Shown here: in pieces, positions 1-13,255 of the stretch
How the letters are laid out: each line of letters opens with the position of its first letter
Numbering within the stretch: position 1 is the stretch's first letter
Source: Folioceros fuciformis
Lineage: Eukaryota
NCBI GenBank assembly: GCA_049999805.1
Contig: JBNGIO010006348.1
Span: 263,897 to 319,051, forward strand
DNA: 55,155 bases
Reading direction: 5' to 3'
Program-made: the position numbers and the translations under genes
Notes under the pieces: model-generated
Told to the model about the DNA's origin: nothing
Databases searched by the model: none
Seen by the model: the letters and a program-made list of their open reading frames with translations, nothing else

Positions 1-374
1 TTCTACTCCTCTCAACTGTGCGCAGTCTCTCCTTTCTCTGTTTTCCTCTGCCAGGTATGTGATGTGCTTCGCCCTGGAGAATTCCGAGCTAGGGAGCTAT
101 CACAGTAACCGGGGCGCACTCCCAGGATCATCGGACGGAGGTTCGAGGTTTAACCCTAGTTACGGCTGAGAGGGGGTATTAAGAAATAACTATTTTCGGT
201 TCATTAAACAGCCTTTACTAGCTTTAAACCTAGTTTGTAGATTGGTTAATTATTTATTATATTTATTAGGATTATGAAACGGTTATGCATCTCTTGCTCA
301 TATGCACACACACTGATACGAAACGTTATTCCTTAATCGATGTTTTTTTTCTTGCTCTTCCCGTCGCACTCAGC

Positions 375-645
375 GATGCACATCTGGTCTCGCTGATTTC
401 ATTTCTATCTAAGGAGGCTATGAGGATGGAACGAGCCCTTCTATCTTTGCTCTTCCAAACGAGGATGTTTGCAGCATTGGTTGATGCAACGACCATTGCG
501 TTAGCTGGCTGTACAGCAGGGCAAACCTCACTCCCATCGACCACCGACATTAGCTCATTTTCCTCTAGAATCTACATCAATCTCATTGACCAGGAGTTGT
601 AATCGTTTCTGTTGAAACGATCCTTGTTCCTGAATTCGATCTTCA
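375..645 (-). mobile_element. Ty1/copia gag N-terminal fragment (degenerate)
   Basis: Minus-strand translation IEFRNKDRFNRNDYNSWSMRLM*ILEENELMSVVDGSEVCP...WKSKDRRARSILIASL matches the copia gag pattern (NY..W..RM..IL...EL...VDG.E..P...WK.KD..AR..I). One in-frame stop near 573; no pol or LTR found. Confidence 0.7.
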
Positions 646-2484
646 AGGCTGATTGAGGAAGAGCCGCCATGGATGATGTGGATGCCCTCGTTGAAGAGGA
701 CGTCATTGCTGCAGAATTTGTGATCGTCGAGGTAGCAGTACCAGGCTGCTGTGTAGTCTACTCGAGATCAATCTCATGTTCAGGCTGCTGGTGACAAGGG
801 GAACGCCTACACCTTCTCGTTGTCTGCCATCGTGATTCCCAACAGTGGGCTCTCGAGGGCGCCTGAACCGTTCTTCAACAACAGGCTATGAATCAATGTC
901 CGGATCTGGATGAACGATGCCGCCATCATCTATGTCAATTTTGTCATCAGAAGGAGGTGCCTGCTGTCTCCTAGGCAGCATCACAGCAAAGCTCAAGCGC
1001 AAGTCAGTGTCGAGTCGCGCTCTTGCGACGTGCCACTCGGAATTCTACAGGCTAGATGCTCGAAGCATTTTGATGGGTCTAACATCTGAGATGAAGCTAA
1101 GTGATGCCAGCAGTAAGGTTCTCAACCAAATCCAACAAATCACAAATTTTGGCGCGAGCAATGAGGGCTTCAATTTCCTTAGCCTATTTGTCTGGGCACC
1201 GCCTGAATCGCGATGCAAGAATGGCTAGAAGAATTACCGATGCATGTCTACAAGAGAAGGATGACGGGCTCACGCTGCACCTTGAGCTGTTAGGGCGGGC
1301 TGCGTGTTGCAAAGCGAGTTGTCGGAAAGCAGATGTGTTGTCGTTCTCCTGGCAACTCAAGTAGATGAAACCCGTCGTTGTAGGGAAGGAATTGCCTGTG
1401 TCTATGTAGACCTTCCTCCTATACACCTGTGAGGTTGTCCCTCTCTTAGGCATCGTGCCTTGCCGCACATGGATGCTCGTACAGATTACCTACAGCTGTT
1501 ATATTATAAAGCGATCATGGATCAGAAGAGCACGAGCAGGTGCGAGCGAAAACATGAGCGCACGAAAGACAAAAACGGTTTTCCACTCAGCAGAAAATGA
1601 AAGCATATATACACAGGTTTCTTAGTCTATTTTAACTGTTCATAAAACTATGAAATCTTATTTAACTATTTCTTCAAACCATACCCCATAACACAATATA
1701 TGCAAATTTGCCCCTTTTCAAGAAAAAGCCATACTTCTTGCTCATAAGAACATGTTATCACAAACAACAACATCATGTGTAGCAATGTTAATGGGACCCA
1801 AAGTCATCAATGATGATTCCACAACCGTATGTGGAAAGAGAAAAAAGCAAAGCCTAGGTAGAATCTCATAGAGGTGGCAAAAGATGCTAATGTTAGTTGA
1901 AACTTCCGAATGCAAGATCGAACCTAAAGCCAAGAGCATAATATTTTCTCTAAACAAGATCTTATGCAAGCACATTAGAGTTTAGGAATGGATGAATCTA
2001 TGAGGGAGTCTTTTTGCGCCTGCACATACTGCTTTTTCCTAGAGAGAGAGGCTACAGAGCCCTTCCACAACAAAGAAAGAGAAAGGAGGCATGGCCTCTT
2101 AGGCATCCAAAGATAAAGAATCCCTAGTAGCTTGCCATATAAAGGACTATGTTGGAAAAGGAGGTCCTTGCTCCTTGCCAAGGAGCAAGAAGCAAGGAGG
2201 AAGAGGGAGAAGGCAAGAGAAAGAGGACCAAGAGAGCAGAGGGAGGGAGGGCGCGAGAGCAGGTGGAGCGAACAGAGCAGGCGTTGTATAGTGCTGTAAG
2301 TACATACGCATTTATGTATATAGGAGTGTAAAGTAAAAAACTATTTTTTTATATTTTTTTTAACTTGGTTTAGTATTTATTATTTTAGGTATCATTTTTC
2401 ATTATTTTTTCTTATTTTATGATGGTCTTAAGCCTCAGAAATCCTATAACTATCTTTATAACTATCTATCTTCCCAGTTTTATC

Positions 2485-3970
2485 TATCTATCGTATCGCA
2501 TGTGGTCCAAGATAGAATGGAAGATATTAAAAGTATCATGCGAGGATACGAGCCTAAAGATATTTTTAACATGGATGAAACACGGTTGTTCTATAGATTG
2601 GAACCGAACAAAACATTGGCAACGAAGAGGCTAAATAGGAAAAAACTCCAAAGAAAAGCCAATATGGATGATAGTTATAAATTACCACCCTTCGTGACCA
2701 ACAAATTCTTGAGGCCCAGAGCTTTTACTAGTCGCAACATTGGACGAGTGGAGAATTTGGGTATTCATTGGTCAGCAAACTCAAATGCTTGGATGTCGGT
2801 GCCTTTATTTGAGCAATTTATTCTCTTTTTTGATGCAAACATGAGAGTTAGGGCCGTATTAATGTCTTGCTTCTTTTGGATAATGCTTCTATTCATAAAC
2901 TATCAGCTGAGACACAAAGTAGGCTTCAAATGACAAGGGTTGAATTTTTTCCCTCTTAATGTTACAGCTTGTTACCAACTCATAGATGTAGGCATTATAT
3001 AGTCTTTTAAGGTCAATTATAGGAAAAGGCTTGTTTAGCGTCAAATCTAAGAGATTCAAAATGGTAATTCTTCTCTTATTGATGTATATCAATCATGTTG
3101 TGACTATGTTGGAAAATGCTTGGCGTATCGATGCTAAAGAGAAAATCATTAGAAATTGTTGGAAACACTCCGAGTTATGGCAGGAGAGAGCAAGTGCTAG
3201 CGTGTCGGATATAGACTTGAATCAACTTAGTTTTGAGACATGGAATGCTAACAGTGATAGAAAGCAACAAGACAACCAAGCAACACGTGAAGATTTGTTC
3301 AATCGAGATTACGCAAAAATAGAAATGCTTCTTCGACAGTTGAGGGATTTGGGACTTGAAACAATAGGATTGACCCCTACTATGTCTGCACAAGAATTTG
3401 TTGATTATAAGGTGACAAATGCAAGTGCTATCTTTTCTACTCCGGATACAGATGATATATGGGCTTCCGTTCAACCTCCACTTGAAAATGAAGTTGTCGA
3501 TGTTGAAAATTCTGCTGAAGAATACTATCAAGAAAGACCTATTTTAGGTCATGCTCAAGTGGAAGATGCACTTCAGATGATATGCATACTTTTGGAGCAA
3601 CAAGCAAATAACATGATGGCTATAATTAGGAATCTGCAGCAAATTGAGAAAGAAGTTTTAAAGCAAGTTAGGTCCTCTTTGAAACAAGGAGAAATAACCT
3701 GTTTTTTGAAGCCATTTTGAAGTTCATTTTTTATTTTATTTATTATAAATTTATAATATTAATAAGTATATAATATTTATATTATATATTTAGGGTTTAG
3801 AAAATAAATAAATAAAAATATATAATATATTTTATGTTTTTAATATTTTTAATAAATTTAAATATTTTATTTTTGATAAATACTTAAATAAATTCTCTAA
3901 TTGTTACACCTCCTTAAATGTTACCTAATATCCTACTCCCAACATGTAACATTTAGGGAGGGTGGCCAGT
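2485..3970 (+). mobile_element. pogo/Tigger-like (Tc1/mariner superfamily) DDE_1 transposase remnant, 5'-truncated, with probable right end
   Basis: YEPKDIFNMDETRLFYRLEPNKTL, WSANSNAWMSVPLFEQF and AWRIDAKEKIIRNCWKHS are Tigger/CENP-B DDE motifs. The frame is broken into ORFs 2502-2933 and 3031-3720. A subterminal inverted pair cctccttaaatgttac (3909-3924) / gtaacatttagggagg (3946-3961) is followed closely by TA. Confidence 0.8.
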
Positions 3971-4599
3971 AGTATGTTGAGCTACCTTTTTGCCAATTTG
4001 GATTGAGACTAGCCCTGTGAAGAACGGGCTATGCCTAGCTGGAGTCTAGATAGATTATATGGTAGAATAATTTGAGTGGAAAAGAGTTACCTTCAAGAGT
4101 TCCTAAGAGCACTAAGAGCGAAACTTGAGCCTGACAAAGAAGTTGAAATTCAATGAATTTCAATATTGCAATCCAATGACATTAAGCTCCATTTTCAACA
4201 AGAGATCTTAAAACCAAACCATAAGTTCAAGCCTATGGAGGTTAAATTATAATAGAAGATGTTCTAAGTGAAGTTGAAAATGCAATTGCATTTTAATGCA
4301 ACTTAAGTATGGAGCTGTAAAGAATTTCTTGTAGCCCAATTAGAACATGATAACTAATATTTGGCAGTGGAAAAGGAAAAAGAAAAAGAAAAAAAAGAAT
4401 GTAGGTTAATGTTAAGTGTAAAGATATAGCACCAAAGTCACGTTCATCCACGGACAACCGTCAGGCAGCAGCAAGTGCTATATCTGAATTGATCCGGGAT
4501 CTTTTGAGGCTGTTCACTTGCTGGAAGTTGGCCCTCAGTTGATTGAATGAAGTTCAGGCTTTCCAGTGTAATTCACACCTAAAGTTTTACCTGCACACC

Positions 4600-4890
4600 A
4601 ACACCACTAAGTGCAGCTGCCTGCCTCTGTGTGAGGCACCTGTGCTTCAACAATCCTCCACAGGGTCCTCTCGGCCGAGCCCTTGCTGTACAATCAGGGC
4701 ATTCTATTTCACCACATTCCTTGTGGCCAAGCTGTCAAAAACTTGGCGTGCATCCTCCAGGTTATCACATTTTGCTTGCAGGTGCACCAGGCAGGTTTCC
4801 ATTACGTCCAGCTGTCCTCTTTCAACAATCACAGAGTGCAGATGTGAAATCCTGGCGTGCACCTGCTGTTCACCAGATGTTGCATACATG
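4600..4890 (-). pseudogene. PLS-class pentatricopeptide repeat gene fragment
   Basis: LHSVIVERGQLDVMETCLVHLQAKCDNLEDARQVFDSLATRNVVK*NALI...QQGLGRE is an L/S-type PPR signature, interrupted by stops. Confidence 0.75.
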
Positions 4891-5212
4891 TACATCAGGC
4901 AGTTGCCCAACACTATGACCCGCCAGCCCTCTTTCGAGGATTCGTGAGTGCAGTATGGCTTGTAGACACCAAAACTGATAGGACCGAAGAGCAGGTATTC
5001 ACACCAAATATCTCTTCTGGTCACCAAAATTTGGAACTCGGGGAAGTCAGATGATCAAATAACATGATCTTCCCAATTTGCCGCCGAAGTGCAGGTCATG
5101 AATTGTATTATGAGCTAACTTAACTCGAATTGCTTTTCTTCGTCTGCACAGGACTTCCTGTGATGCTTCCAATGCAGTTGTTATCGGAAATGAGGGTAGA
5201 CAAACAGGTTCG

Positions 5213-5500
5213 ATGGAAAAGATGATGCGGGGAATATTTAAACGAGCAGCTGCGAAGAAAAAGAATATGCAAGGAATTTTTGGACAAGCAGCTAAGGTGA
5301 AAGAGATGCTGCACGAATTTCTAGACGAGCAGTACATCAGAAGAACGGCTGCAAGACATCTAGAGACAAGCAACTAGGATGGAAGAGATGCTTCAAGGTG
5401 TTTCTAGAGAAGCGGGTATGTTGGAAGAGATGCTGCAAGAAATTTATGAACAAGTAACAACAATGGGAGAGATGCGGCAAGAAAGTTGGCATCTACTGGT
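5213..5500 (+). repeat. Degenerate 42-bp (14-codon) tandem repeat, about 7 copies, remnant of a coiled-coil coding region
   Basis: Recurrent gaagagatgctgcaag-like core. Translation gives MEKMMRGIFKRAAA / VKEMLHEFL / MEEMLQGVSREAGM / LEEMLQEIYEQVTT, with a stop and a frameshift. Confidence 0.5.
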
Positions 5501-6149
5501 CTTAACTGAAACACGAAATACTTTGGGTGAGAAAAAACTGTAAAACTCTGCCCACTGGGTAGTGAACTGGTATAGGAGTTCCATCTCAACTGGATGTGTT
5601 TCGATTTGTGTAGAGAAGAGAACACTATCAACACAGTTGAACACAATTCAAAGGTTCCATTGAAACGATTCCGTCTTCTCGCATGGCACTGTTACCGTGC
5701 TATCATCGGGGTCCGAGTTCCCAAATTTTCTTACTCAGTTCCGTTCAACACTCTCTGAGAACTGATCTGCATTCCCCTGTACAGTGCAGGGGAGCCCAGA
5801 CCTGCACAGGCCTGCAAGAGGCACATAATTGTCTCAGAATCAGGCACGGCTACAGCACTGTAGAGGCTTGGGGCCTCCTGCCCTATTCCCTGCTGGGAAT
5901 ACCTGACATCATGGGATTGCGAGTCACGAAGTTTCTTTGACCAAGCCCATCAAACACTGTTGGACATCTACTCCTTTTACAGTGCGGATTACCCCGCCAG
6001 CCAGCGCAGGGAGGAGCCATTGTCGCACAGTGCGCTCCTTGTACTCGTCTTGGAGGAAGAGCCCATTCAACAGTTTTGCTTTGCCCGAGCTATCAGTTGT
6101 AGCGCAGCTTCGTCATGATCCTCAATTATCACATCTCCTTCCGCTCCCC

Positions 6150-7740
6150 TTCAGTCCTGGACCTGGCCGCAGCCAAGCCTCTAGGTTCACGATAATTCCC
6201 AGCTAAACCTCGGAAGGGCCGTGTGCTGGTAACCCGATTCCTGCAAATTTATTTTATGCTCGCAACGTGGTCGTGGAGTGTGGGCAATGGCTAATCTAAC
6301 GCCATCGATCCAGAAGTAAAGATGCAAGTGCGAGATGCCCAGTCACAACAGAACTCGCAGAGTTGACAGAATTTTGAGATTCTTTCAAGAAATTGGAAGT
6401 CATCCGCGGAGTGAGTTCTCGTACAGGAGCCTGCTGTTCCGGAAAGGAAAAATCGTTCACAGGCAAGTTGTGATTTGTAGGGGTCAGCTATGGGTTCGAA
6501 TTGTGAGAGGTGTGGGCCTGTGAACTTCTCTGATTTAGATGAAGACTGTGCACTCAAGACTTCTGCCTAGTAAAGGAGTTTCTGAAGATGCTCGGATACC
6601 AAGAGTGTTGTGGTGTGTCCCGTTTCGAGTGCTTGAATGCTGCCGGTCCCAGATGCCAGAGTGTGTTGTCCAGTTTCCAGAACTTGCATGCAGCCGCGAC
6701 TGGAGACGGAGTTTTGAGGATGACCCGGAGGCTACGAAGTCGAGGCAGTCGGATATTTACCACGAAGCCCCTGTGACACTCCTAACAGAAGAAGAACATC
6801 GACAGTATCCAGCCATCCTTGTGAAAGAAATGAGGTCACTGAATGCTCGTCCCGTCGAGGTTACATTTGTACTTCCTCGGCTCTTCCTGTATCTGTCCCG
6901 TCTGATCGGCAGCATCTGATTAAATGACACATTTCTTTATCGTGAGTGTGTCGCTCTCGAACTGACTTTCGCATTGGATCAACGCCAATTGCCTGATGTG
7001 CTATCTCCACACTTGTGACCGGACATTTAATTTCCCACCCAAGTTCGAGTTGTCAGCTGAATTCGATCGCCGCTTTCTCAATCATTCCAAGTGAGGGATG
7101 GAATACCTACGTTCATCTACGGCCTACACGAACCCAGTTTGCTGTGGAACACTCGATCTTGTGACTCTCGTTTGACACAGAGATATAATCAATACATGAA
7201 TCCAATTATTCTTCGACAGGGAAGGAAGGTGATGAGGAAGCACAATCTGTTGGGGTTCGTACATACCGCAAATCCCAGAAACGCCTGGTCCAATTGAGGC
7301 CATCTACGGGAGGTTGGCCAGGATTCTTGGGATATAACGCTCCCATGTCAGAGAGTGTGAGGTAGTGCAAAATGCATATCCAGTCAATCCAAATCAACGC
7401 GTCGAGAGTCGCCAGGTGTGCACCGGTGTCGGAAAGTCGCGTAGCTCAAGGTGCAGGATAGATACTACTGACTATGTGGTGCAGGTTTTACTTGACTCCG
7501 GGGTGGGGTCAGGCATGGCACACGATGCCCCGTGCTTCGATCTCATCTCCTATCCAGGATGTTCGGTTGAGGCCTCGAAGCTTGGGCCAAATGTGGTTGT
7601 TAACCTCCAACAACCCACAGAAGCGGGTGGGATCATCTCAGCCGCTTGTGTGGGCAGCCGGTAATCTAATAGCGTCCTAGACCACAGCTGGCTGCCAGGT
7701 GCCAGGATCCAGAAAGTCTCTCCTCGTGGCTTGCCCTTTT
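6150..7740 (-). pseudogene. Possible heavily decayed F-box/LRR-type gene
   Basis: Isolated minus-strand patches only: RDFLDPGTW (F-box lead-in-like) and VNIRLPRLRSLRVIL / LKILSTLRVL (LRR-like). Many stops; weak support. Confidence 0.2.
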
Positions 7741-10495
7741 CTTTTCTTAGTTGTATGTCTCACATCATTGCTGGGCCCCTGAGCCCTGGATGTTGCCTCT
7801 TGCGGGGAACATGCTGCCTTGTTCTCCGTTCCCGGTGTCATCATCTAGCTGCTCCGTCAAGCCAGCCTAGTCACCTGTAGCCTGTCCTGTTTGTCCTGCA
7901 ACTCTGGCCAACTGCTTCCCTGCTTCGGAACATGGTCCAAAAACTAGTACAGTACAGTCCAGTCCAGACTTGGGCCCCAGTGTGGCACAGCCAACAGCTC
8001 CACTCACTGCCTCTTCCTTCCCCCTACCTACAGCTGCTCCTCATCTCTGACAAACTGGCTCTCGCTGTGCCGCTACTGTTGCTGTCCATACATACATGCA
8101 TTCTTCCATACGCGCATACTGCACTCTACATGTGGAGAGGCTATACACCTCCTCCGCGAGGGTAATGAGTTTTTCCCCTCACATCTGGTCGGCAGTAGAG
8201 AACTGAGAAGGGTGCAGACTTGCCTCCACTTGTAGCCCACTATCGTCGTTCCCTCGCACCATCTCATTCCATCTTGGTATTGCCAACGAGCAACGAGGCC
8301 ATCCAGCATCAAAAGGAGATTGACCTGTGTGCCCCAAACATAGCTCATCAGGTGCTTTTTGGCGATGGTTAGATTCCTCTGTCAGCGACCCTTGGAATGC
8401 CCCCTTCGAAAAGCAATCTCCAAGGCAGTCTTGGATATGGGAAGCAAGTTTGAAGCCCCATCCGATGGCGTCACGGTGCCCACTTCCACGCCCCGTCCTC
8501 CCCGATGACAGAACATATTCGCTTGTCGGATAGGCTGCAAGTCGCAAGTCGCGCCCGCGGTCCACCAAGGTAGCAAGGCACTGTTTTCCATAGCCCTTGT
8601 TACCTTTCCGTGTCCGCTTCCTGCATTTACAACAATGACAAGCTCCACACAGGCACCCGTGCTTCTGCGATCACGAGAAAGAAGAAACAAAAGACGAAGG
8701 AAACTAAAACCCCGCCAGCTGCCTAGACCATGCATCATGTCCACATCTCCACGACCCCCTCATCACTCTGTTTCCGTCCTTGCATGGAAGTCACATGGTT
8801 TCCTCTGAAGGGAGTCATCACTCTCATTGCAGTCCCGTAAGCCATCACCTGCCGTGGGCGACCAACCGACCTCGATACCCCCTTTCCACTTCCCGGTTGC
8901 AGCCACACCCGTTGCCATGCCTTGCTAGGTTTAGGGATAAGAGCGGGTAAAGTACTACTGACGAGCACCCGCCACCAACTCGCTGTACTCCCCCACACAA
9001 AGCACCAGCATATTCAAAAGTGCTGAATGCAATAGTCCTCTCTCCTCACTCCCTAGCCGGGACCACCCGCAAATGCGGCGCACTCCGGCCACCTGCCCGA
9101 TGCGCTCCATGAATGCATCGCTTTCTCTGGATTACGACAACAGATTCTCGTCCCTGTTCTTCACTTTCCTCCTCCAGTGCGCCACGGCGACGAGCTCCTC
9201 TGCCTTCCCTTTCCTTTTTTCAGCCCTAAACCCGTCGTGTGAAAATGATGATAAGCTGCTTTATCCCGCTGAATTTCACCCGGTTGCAGTGGAATCGGGC
9301 TGTGGCGACCCGTCGCGGGCTCCCAATTGCACCGAACCGAGCGGGATCTGTGAGCAGGCAGACGTACATGCTCGGGCTGCGTTCACACTGCGGGTGGGTT
9401 GGTGCCAGACGCTGCTAGGTGACAATCGGTGGCGTCGTCAACGCCAATGCCAACGCGCTGGGACTGGCCGCCTGGGCTCGCGCGCCAGCGCCAGAAATTT
9501 ACCTGCTTTGCTTTGTGTGTATCTTAGCCTTTGTCTCTGTCTTTGCCTTGGCCTCTGCCTTGGACTTTCCCTGAGCATGGCATTCCTTCTGTGTATTCGT
9601 GTCATGCCTTCATTTTTCCTGCCTCTCTTCTCGTCCGCTCTTCTCCTCTCCTCGTCTCCTACCTGCTCCGATCCTTGCCTTTCCTGCAATCTCTGCTCGA
9701 GTGTTGTGCCCGCCCGCTGCTGCTTCTGCTGATGCCTGCCCTGATCAGGCGCTATCTGCCCGATTTGGTCGCTGCCCTGACCGGCATGCCTATTTTCTGA
9801 CCTGTCTCTGGCCTCCGGTCCTGCGGGCCTGCTGCAACCCCCTTCCGGCTCATCGGGACTTGCCAGGGGAAGCAGGGGCAGATGAGAGGCCTCTGCCGCT
9901 GCCCCTGCGGTCTGTGGAGGAGCAGGCGGCCTAAGGCGGGGATGGCCCTGGCGGGGGGAGCTGCGTGGAAATGCAAGGATGTGGGCCGGAATTCCTCCGA
10001 GAGTATGCGTCTGTGTGTGTGCTGCTCTGCTTCGGAGATGCGGTAGTGGTGACGCAGCGGGCAGGGGCACGGGCAGGGAGAGAGAAGGGAGGGAGAGGAA
10101 GAGGGCGGGGTGGGTGTGGCTACGGCAGATGGGATCTGGTGAAGCGTAGGTGGTGCCGCCGGAAGGAAGGGAGAGGAAGGAAGGAAGCGGGGTCCGAAAT
10201 TGAGCGAGCGGCAGAACTTGCGGAGGGCGCCCGCCCGTTTAGGCTGGTGGGTGGCGGTGGTGGAGTGGCAGGGAAGCCTAGGGGGAAGGAGTCGGCATAG
10301 AAGACATTGAGAAGGAGCTGGAGGGTGGTATCTGGATGGACGTGCTCTGCCGGACTGTGCCTCGCGAACGGTCTTGCGCTGCCAGATCTCTCTCTCTCGT
10401 TTCCCCTTCTCGTAGATCGTTGCAGTTGCAGGGGCCTCCGGTCTTGTGCTGTGTGATGTGGGGTTTGCGCACTCTGAGCCATCTCATGATTGGAG

Positions 10496-13238
10496 ATGCC
10501 GTGGTTTCCGGATTTTGCGACTCCTGCTTATGTCGAAACTCTTAAGCTGGTAAGCAATCCTGGGGGGGTGCGCGGAGAATGTGTCCAGCGGCTTGGTTCG
10601 GTGCACTTGGACTTCAGGCAGCCAGGCTGATGTGAATTGGATTGTTGTCTGTTTGCAGCGGAGGATCATCTTGGAAAGACAGCGGCGACGACCGTCCAGC
10701 CGCCCCCCAATTGTGGAGCCAGCAGGGGCCGAGTTCATAGCTGCTGTAGCCGCGGGCATCAATGCACGTCACATCGTGCAGATCGGCTGTGGACTGTCCA
10801 CTGTTGCGCTAGCTGCTGCAGCTAGGTCGACGGGTTCTCTCGTGGTATCGCTGCACACCCAGGAGGAGAAGCAGAAGCTTGTGAGGGAACATTTGCTCTT
10901 GTACGGTCTGCTTGATTACGTGCACTTCCTCTGTGGAGACCTTTGCGGCCTGGTTTCCGAGAGGGAAGGCATAGACTTTGTTTACATAAGTGGGGATGCG
11001 GACCTCTTCATTGAGATTTTCGACCTCTTGAACCTGAAGCCAGGAGCCTATGTTGTGGCAGACAATGCATTGGATGATTCCACCAACGACTACATAAAGC
11101 ATGTCAGACGCCAGCCAGGCGTTGACTGTTCGACTCTTCCAGTTGGACGGGGCCTCGAAATCACCAAGATCGTCAATTGGGACGATTTCAGGACTGGGTA
11201 TGATCCTCTTGGTACTGCCCATGATGATTGTGAATTGCCACACCTTTTCATGCGTTGAAGCAAGTTCTAGTCTGTAGTCGTGCGTCCCTTGGTACCTATC
11301 GTGTTTGAAGTGAATGCCGTTGTCCTGATTTTAGTCCGCTGCGTTAACAGGATTGGCAAGGGGATGGTGATCCTGACAGGTTACGTAAACTCTCGCTCAT
11401 TTTTGTAGGAGGAAGCGTTATGAAGGAGACTCAGTCGAAAGTTCATCCAAGCTGGTTGTCGCTTCCGACACATTGGTGGCAAAGAGCTCGCAGCCTCGCT
11501 CTGAGTCTGCTGATTCTGTATATTCAAACCAGGCTTCAGTGTCATCCGCTTTTGCTGCTGAAGAATGGATGGCTTCCACAGCTGCAACACTTCTTGGAGA
11601 AGGAAGTGCAGAAGAAACGGACGAGGTGGAAACTCATCGACATGCTGCACAGGAGTTGGCATTTTCGGTGAACACTTCAGTATCTTCCATATTTGCTGCT
11701 GAAGCGTGGATGGCTTCCCAGGCTAAGGCTTTTTATACTCATAGAGCAGATGATGGCCAAAGAGCTGACGAATTTTACGAACTCCAACCGGACGAAAATT
11801 CTGCGCAGGACTTGCCACACTCCAGAAATGGGGATACAACGGATTCCGACTGTGACGAGGAATATGCCAATTGCGAAGACGTGGAAACTCCTATCCAACC
11901 ACGCTCGGGTGAAACACACGATGCAGGCATAACAATGCCTAGGAATGGCTTTGTGGTCGGCGAGCCTGATTGCGAAGATGATATTAAAGGGCACGCTGGA
12001 TTCCGTGAGTTCGAAGTTCATGAAGATAGTCAGCTAGCAGATTTTGATCCATATATTGCGGTATACGACACACAGAATTCTCTGCTTCCTTTTAGTGGCA
12101 GAGTGATGGCCCTCAAAGCAGGGGTGAAAAGATACTTGAAGCATAAATCAGCACGCTTATTGAACGGTACTGTCACAGGCGACATAGAACTTGTTGAAGG
12201 GTACAGATCTGAAGACTCTGATACTGGCAAGGTATTCTATGACGCTTGTTCTGTGGGTCAGTCTGTCTTCAACGAAGTTGCGCACTTCGCACCAGGACTA
12301 GATCAATCAGTAGACGATGAAATCAGTAGTAGATTGGTGGACTCAAGGCAGGATCCTCAGGAGTCGGGTAGTCTGGAATCTGTCGACGGTCCAGATAGTC
12401 ATGAGATACTTCCAGGTGAAAGCTTGCCAACGACGATTGAGCGTGAGCCAGACTTTGAGATCACGTTCCTAAACGAGGATACTTATACAGCGGTGATTAT
12501 TCGAGGAGTCGACCAAGACATGCTGCTCTTCGACATCACAATGGCATTCAACGAATCTGGTGTGAGGTACTGGTCTCTTTCTTGGACACCATGGTAGCAC
12601 TGAGCTTGCACACCAATGCTTTTGCTCTCCTTCGTCCTATAAGCTCTCCTGGGTCAAGTAACTGACCGGTGATAAATGTCATCAAACTTTCTTCACAAAA
12701 GTTCCTGGGCTGTCCAGCCATTGTATGCGTGTCTCTGGATTGCTAGTAACAGACGACGGTTAGTCATGATTGCACTGTCTGGTAACAAAAAATGTATAGA
12801 AGTCAGCGTACGCTTTTTTTTGACCCTGCCCTTATTTCCCCATCTTACAGGCGGATTCTTTAAGTACCTGAAATCAACCAATGGTCTCTTAAAGGAAGCA
12901 CCTGGATCCGTTTTGTGTTTGGCAACCTTATGTAATTGATTGGATTCTGTGAGTTTGGGAAGGGGTGTTTTTCCATCCTGGTAAGGCTTGCTAAGCGAAC
13001 CGGAGGAGTTAAACGTGCTGTGAAATGTACGTAGTCTCTTTTGTGGATGGCTGAACTCACACCATCTCCCTTCTGTTTGTGCAGTGTGCGGAGGGCAAAG
13101 ATAAACACGACGCAGGAGAAGTATATCGAAGACATCTTCTATGTTGTGGACTCCAAGACTGGGGCAGCATTGGACATCTCTCGCCAAGACGGTTTGAGAG
13201 AGACCCTGCTGCGGAAACTGTCGGATCACAGAAGCTGA
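10496..13238 (+). CDS. DUF1442-family SAM-methyltransferase-like protein with acidic linker and C-terminal ACT domain (about 634 aa). Exons 10496-10549, 10659-11197, 11409-12566, 13085-13238
   Basis: Exon 1 MPWFPDFATPAYVETLKL and exon 2 EPAGAEFIAAVAAGINARHIVQIG..STVALAAAARSTG..GIDFV..GAYVVADNA..LPVGRGLEITKI fit DUF1442. The C-terminus TAVIIRGVDQDMLLFDITMAFNESGVSVRRAKINT..IEDIFYVVD fits an ACR/GlnD-type ACT domain. Three GT-AG introns are phase-compatible (0, 2, 2) and the exons total 1905 nt. Confidence 0.85.
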
Positions 13239-13255
13239 CGGTAGACCTACCCTGT

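Noticed and set aside
9073-10300. Long overlapping ORFs (219 aa on plus, 210 aa on minus)
   Set aside because: Low-complexity GC-rich sequence that is open in several frames; no domain or splice support.
11351-11379. Possible micro-exon in intron 2 of the DUF1442-ACT gene
   Set aside because: It would leave a 29-nt downstream intron and break phase; the direct 11197/11409 join is in frame.
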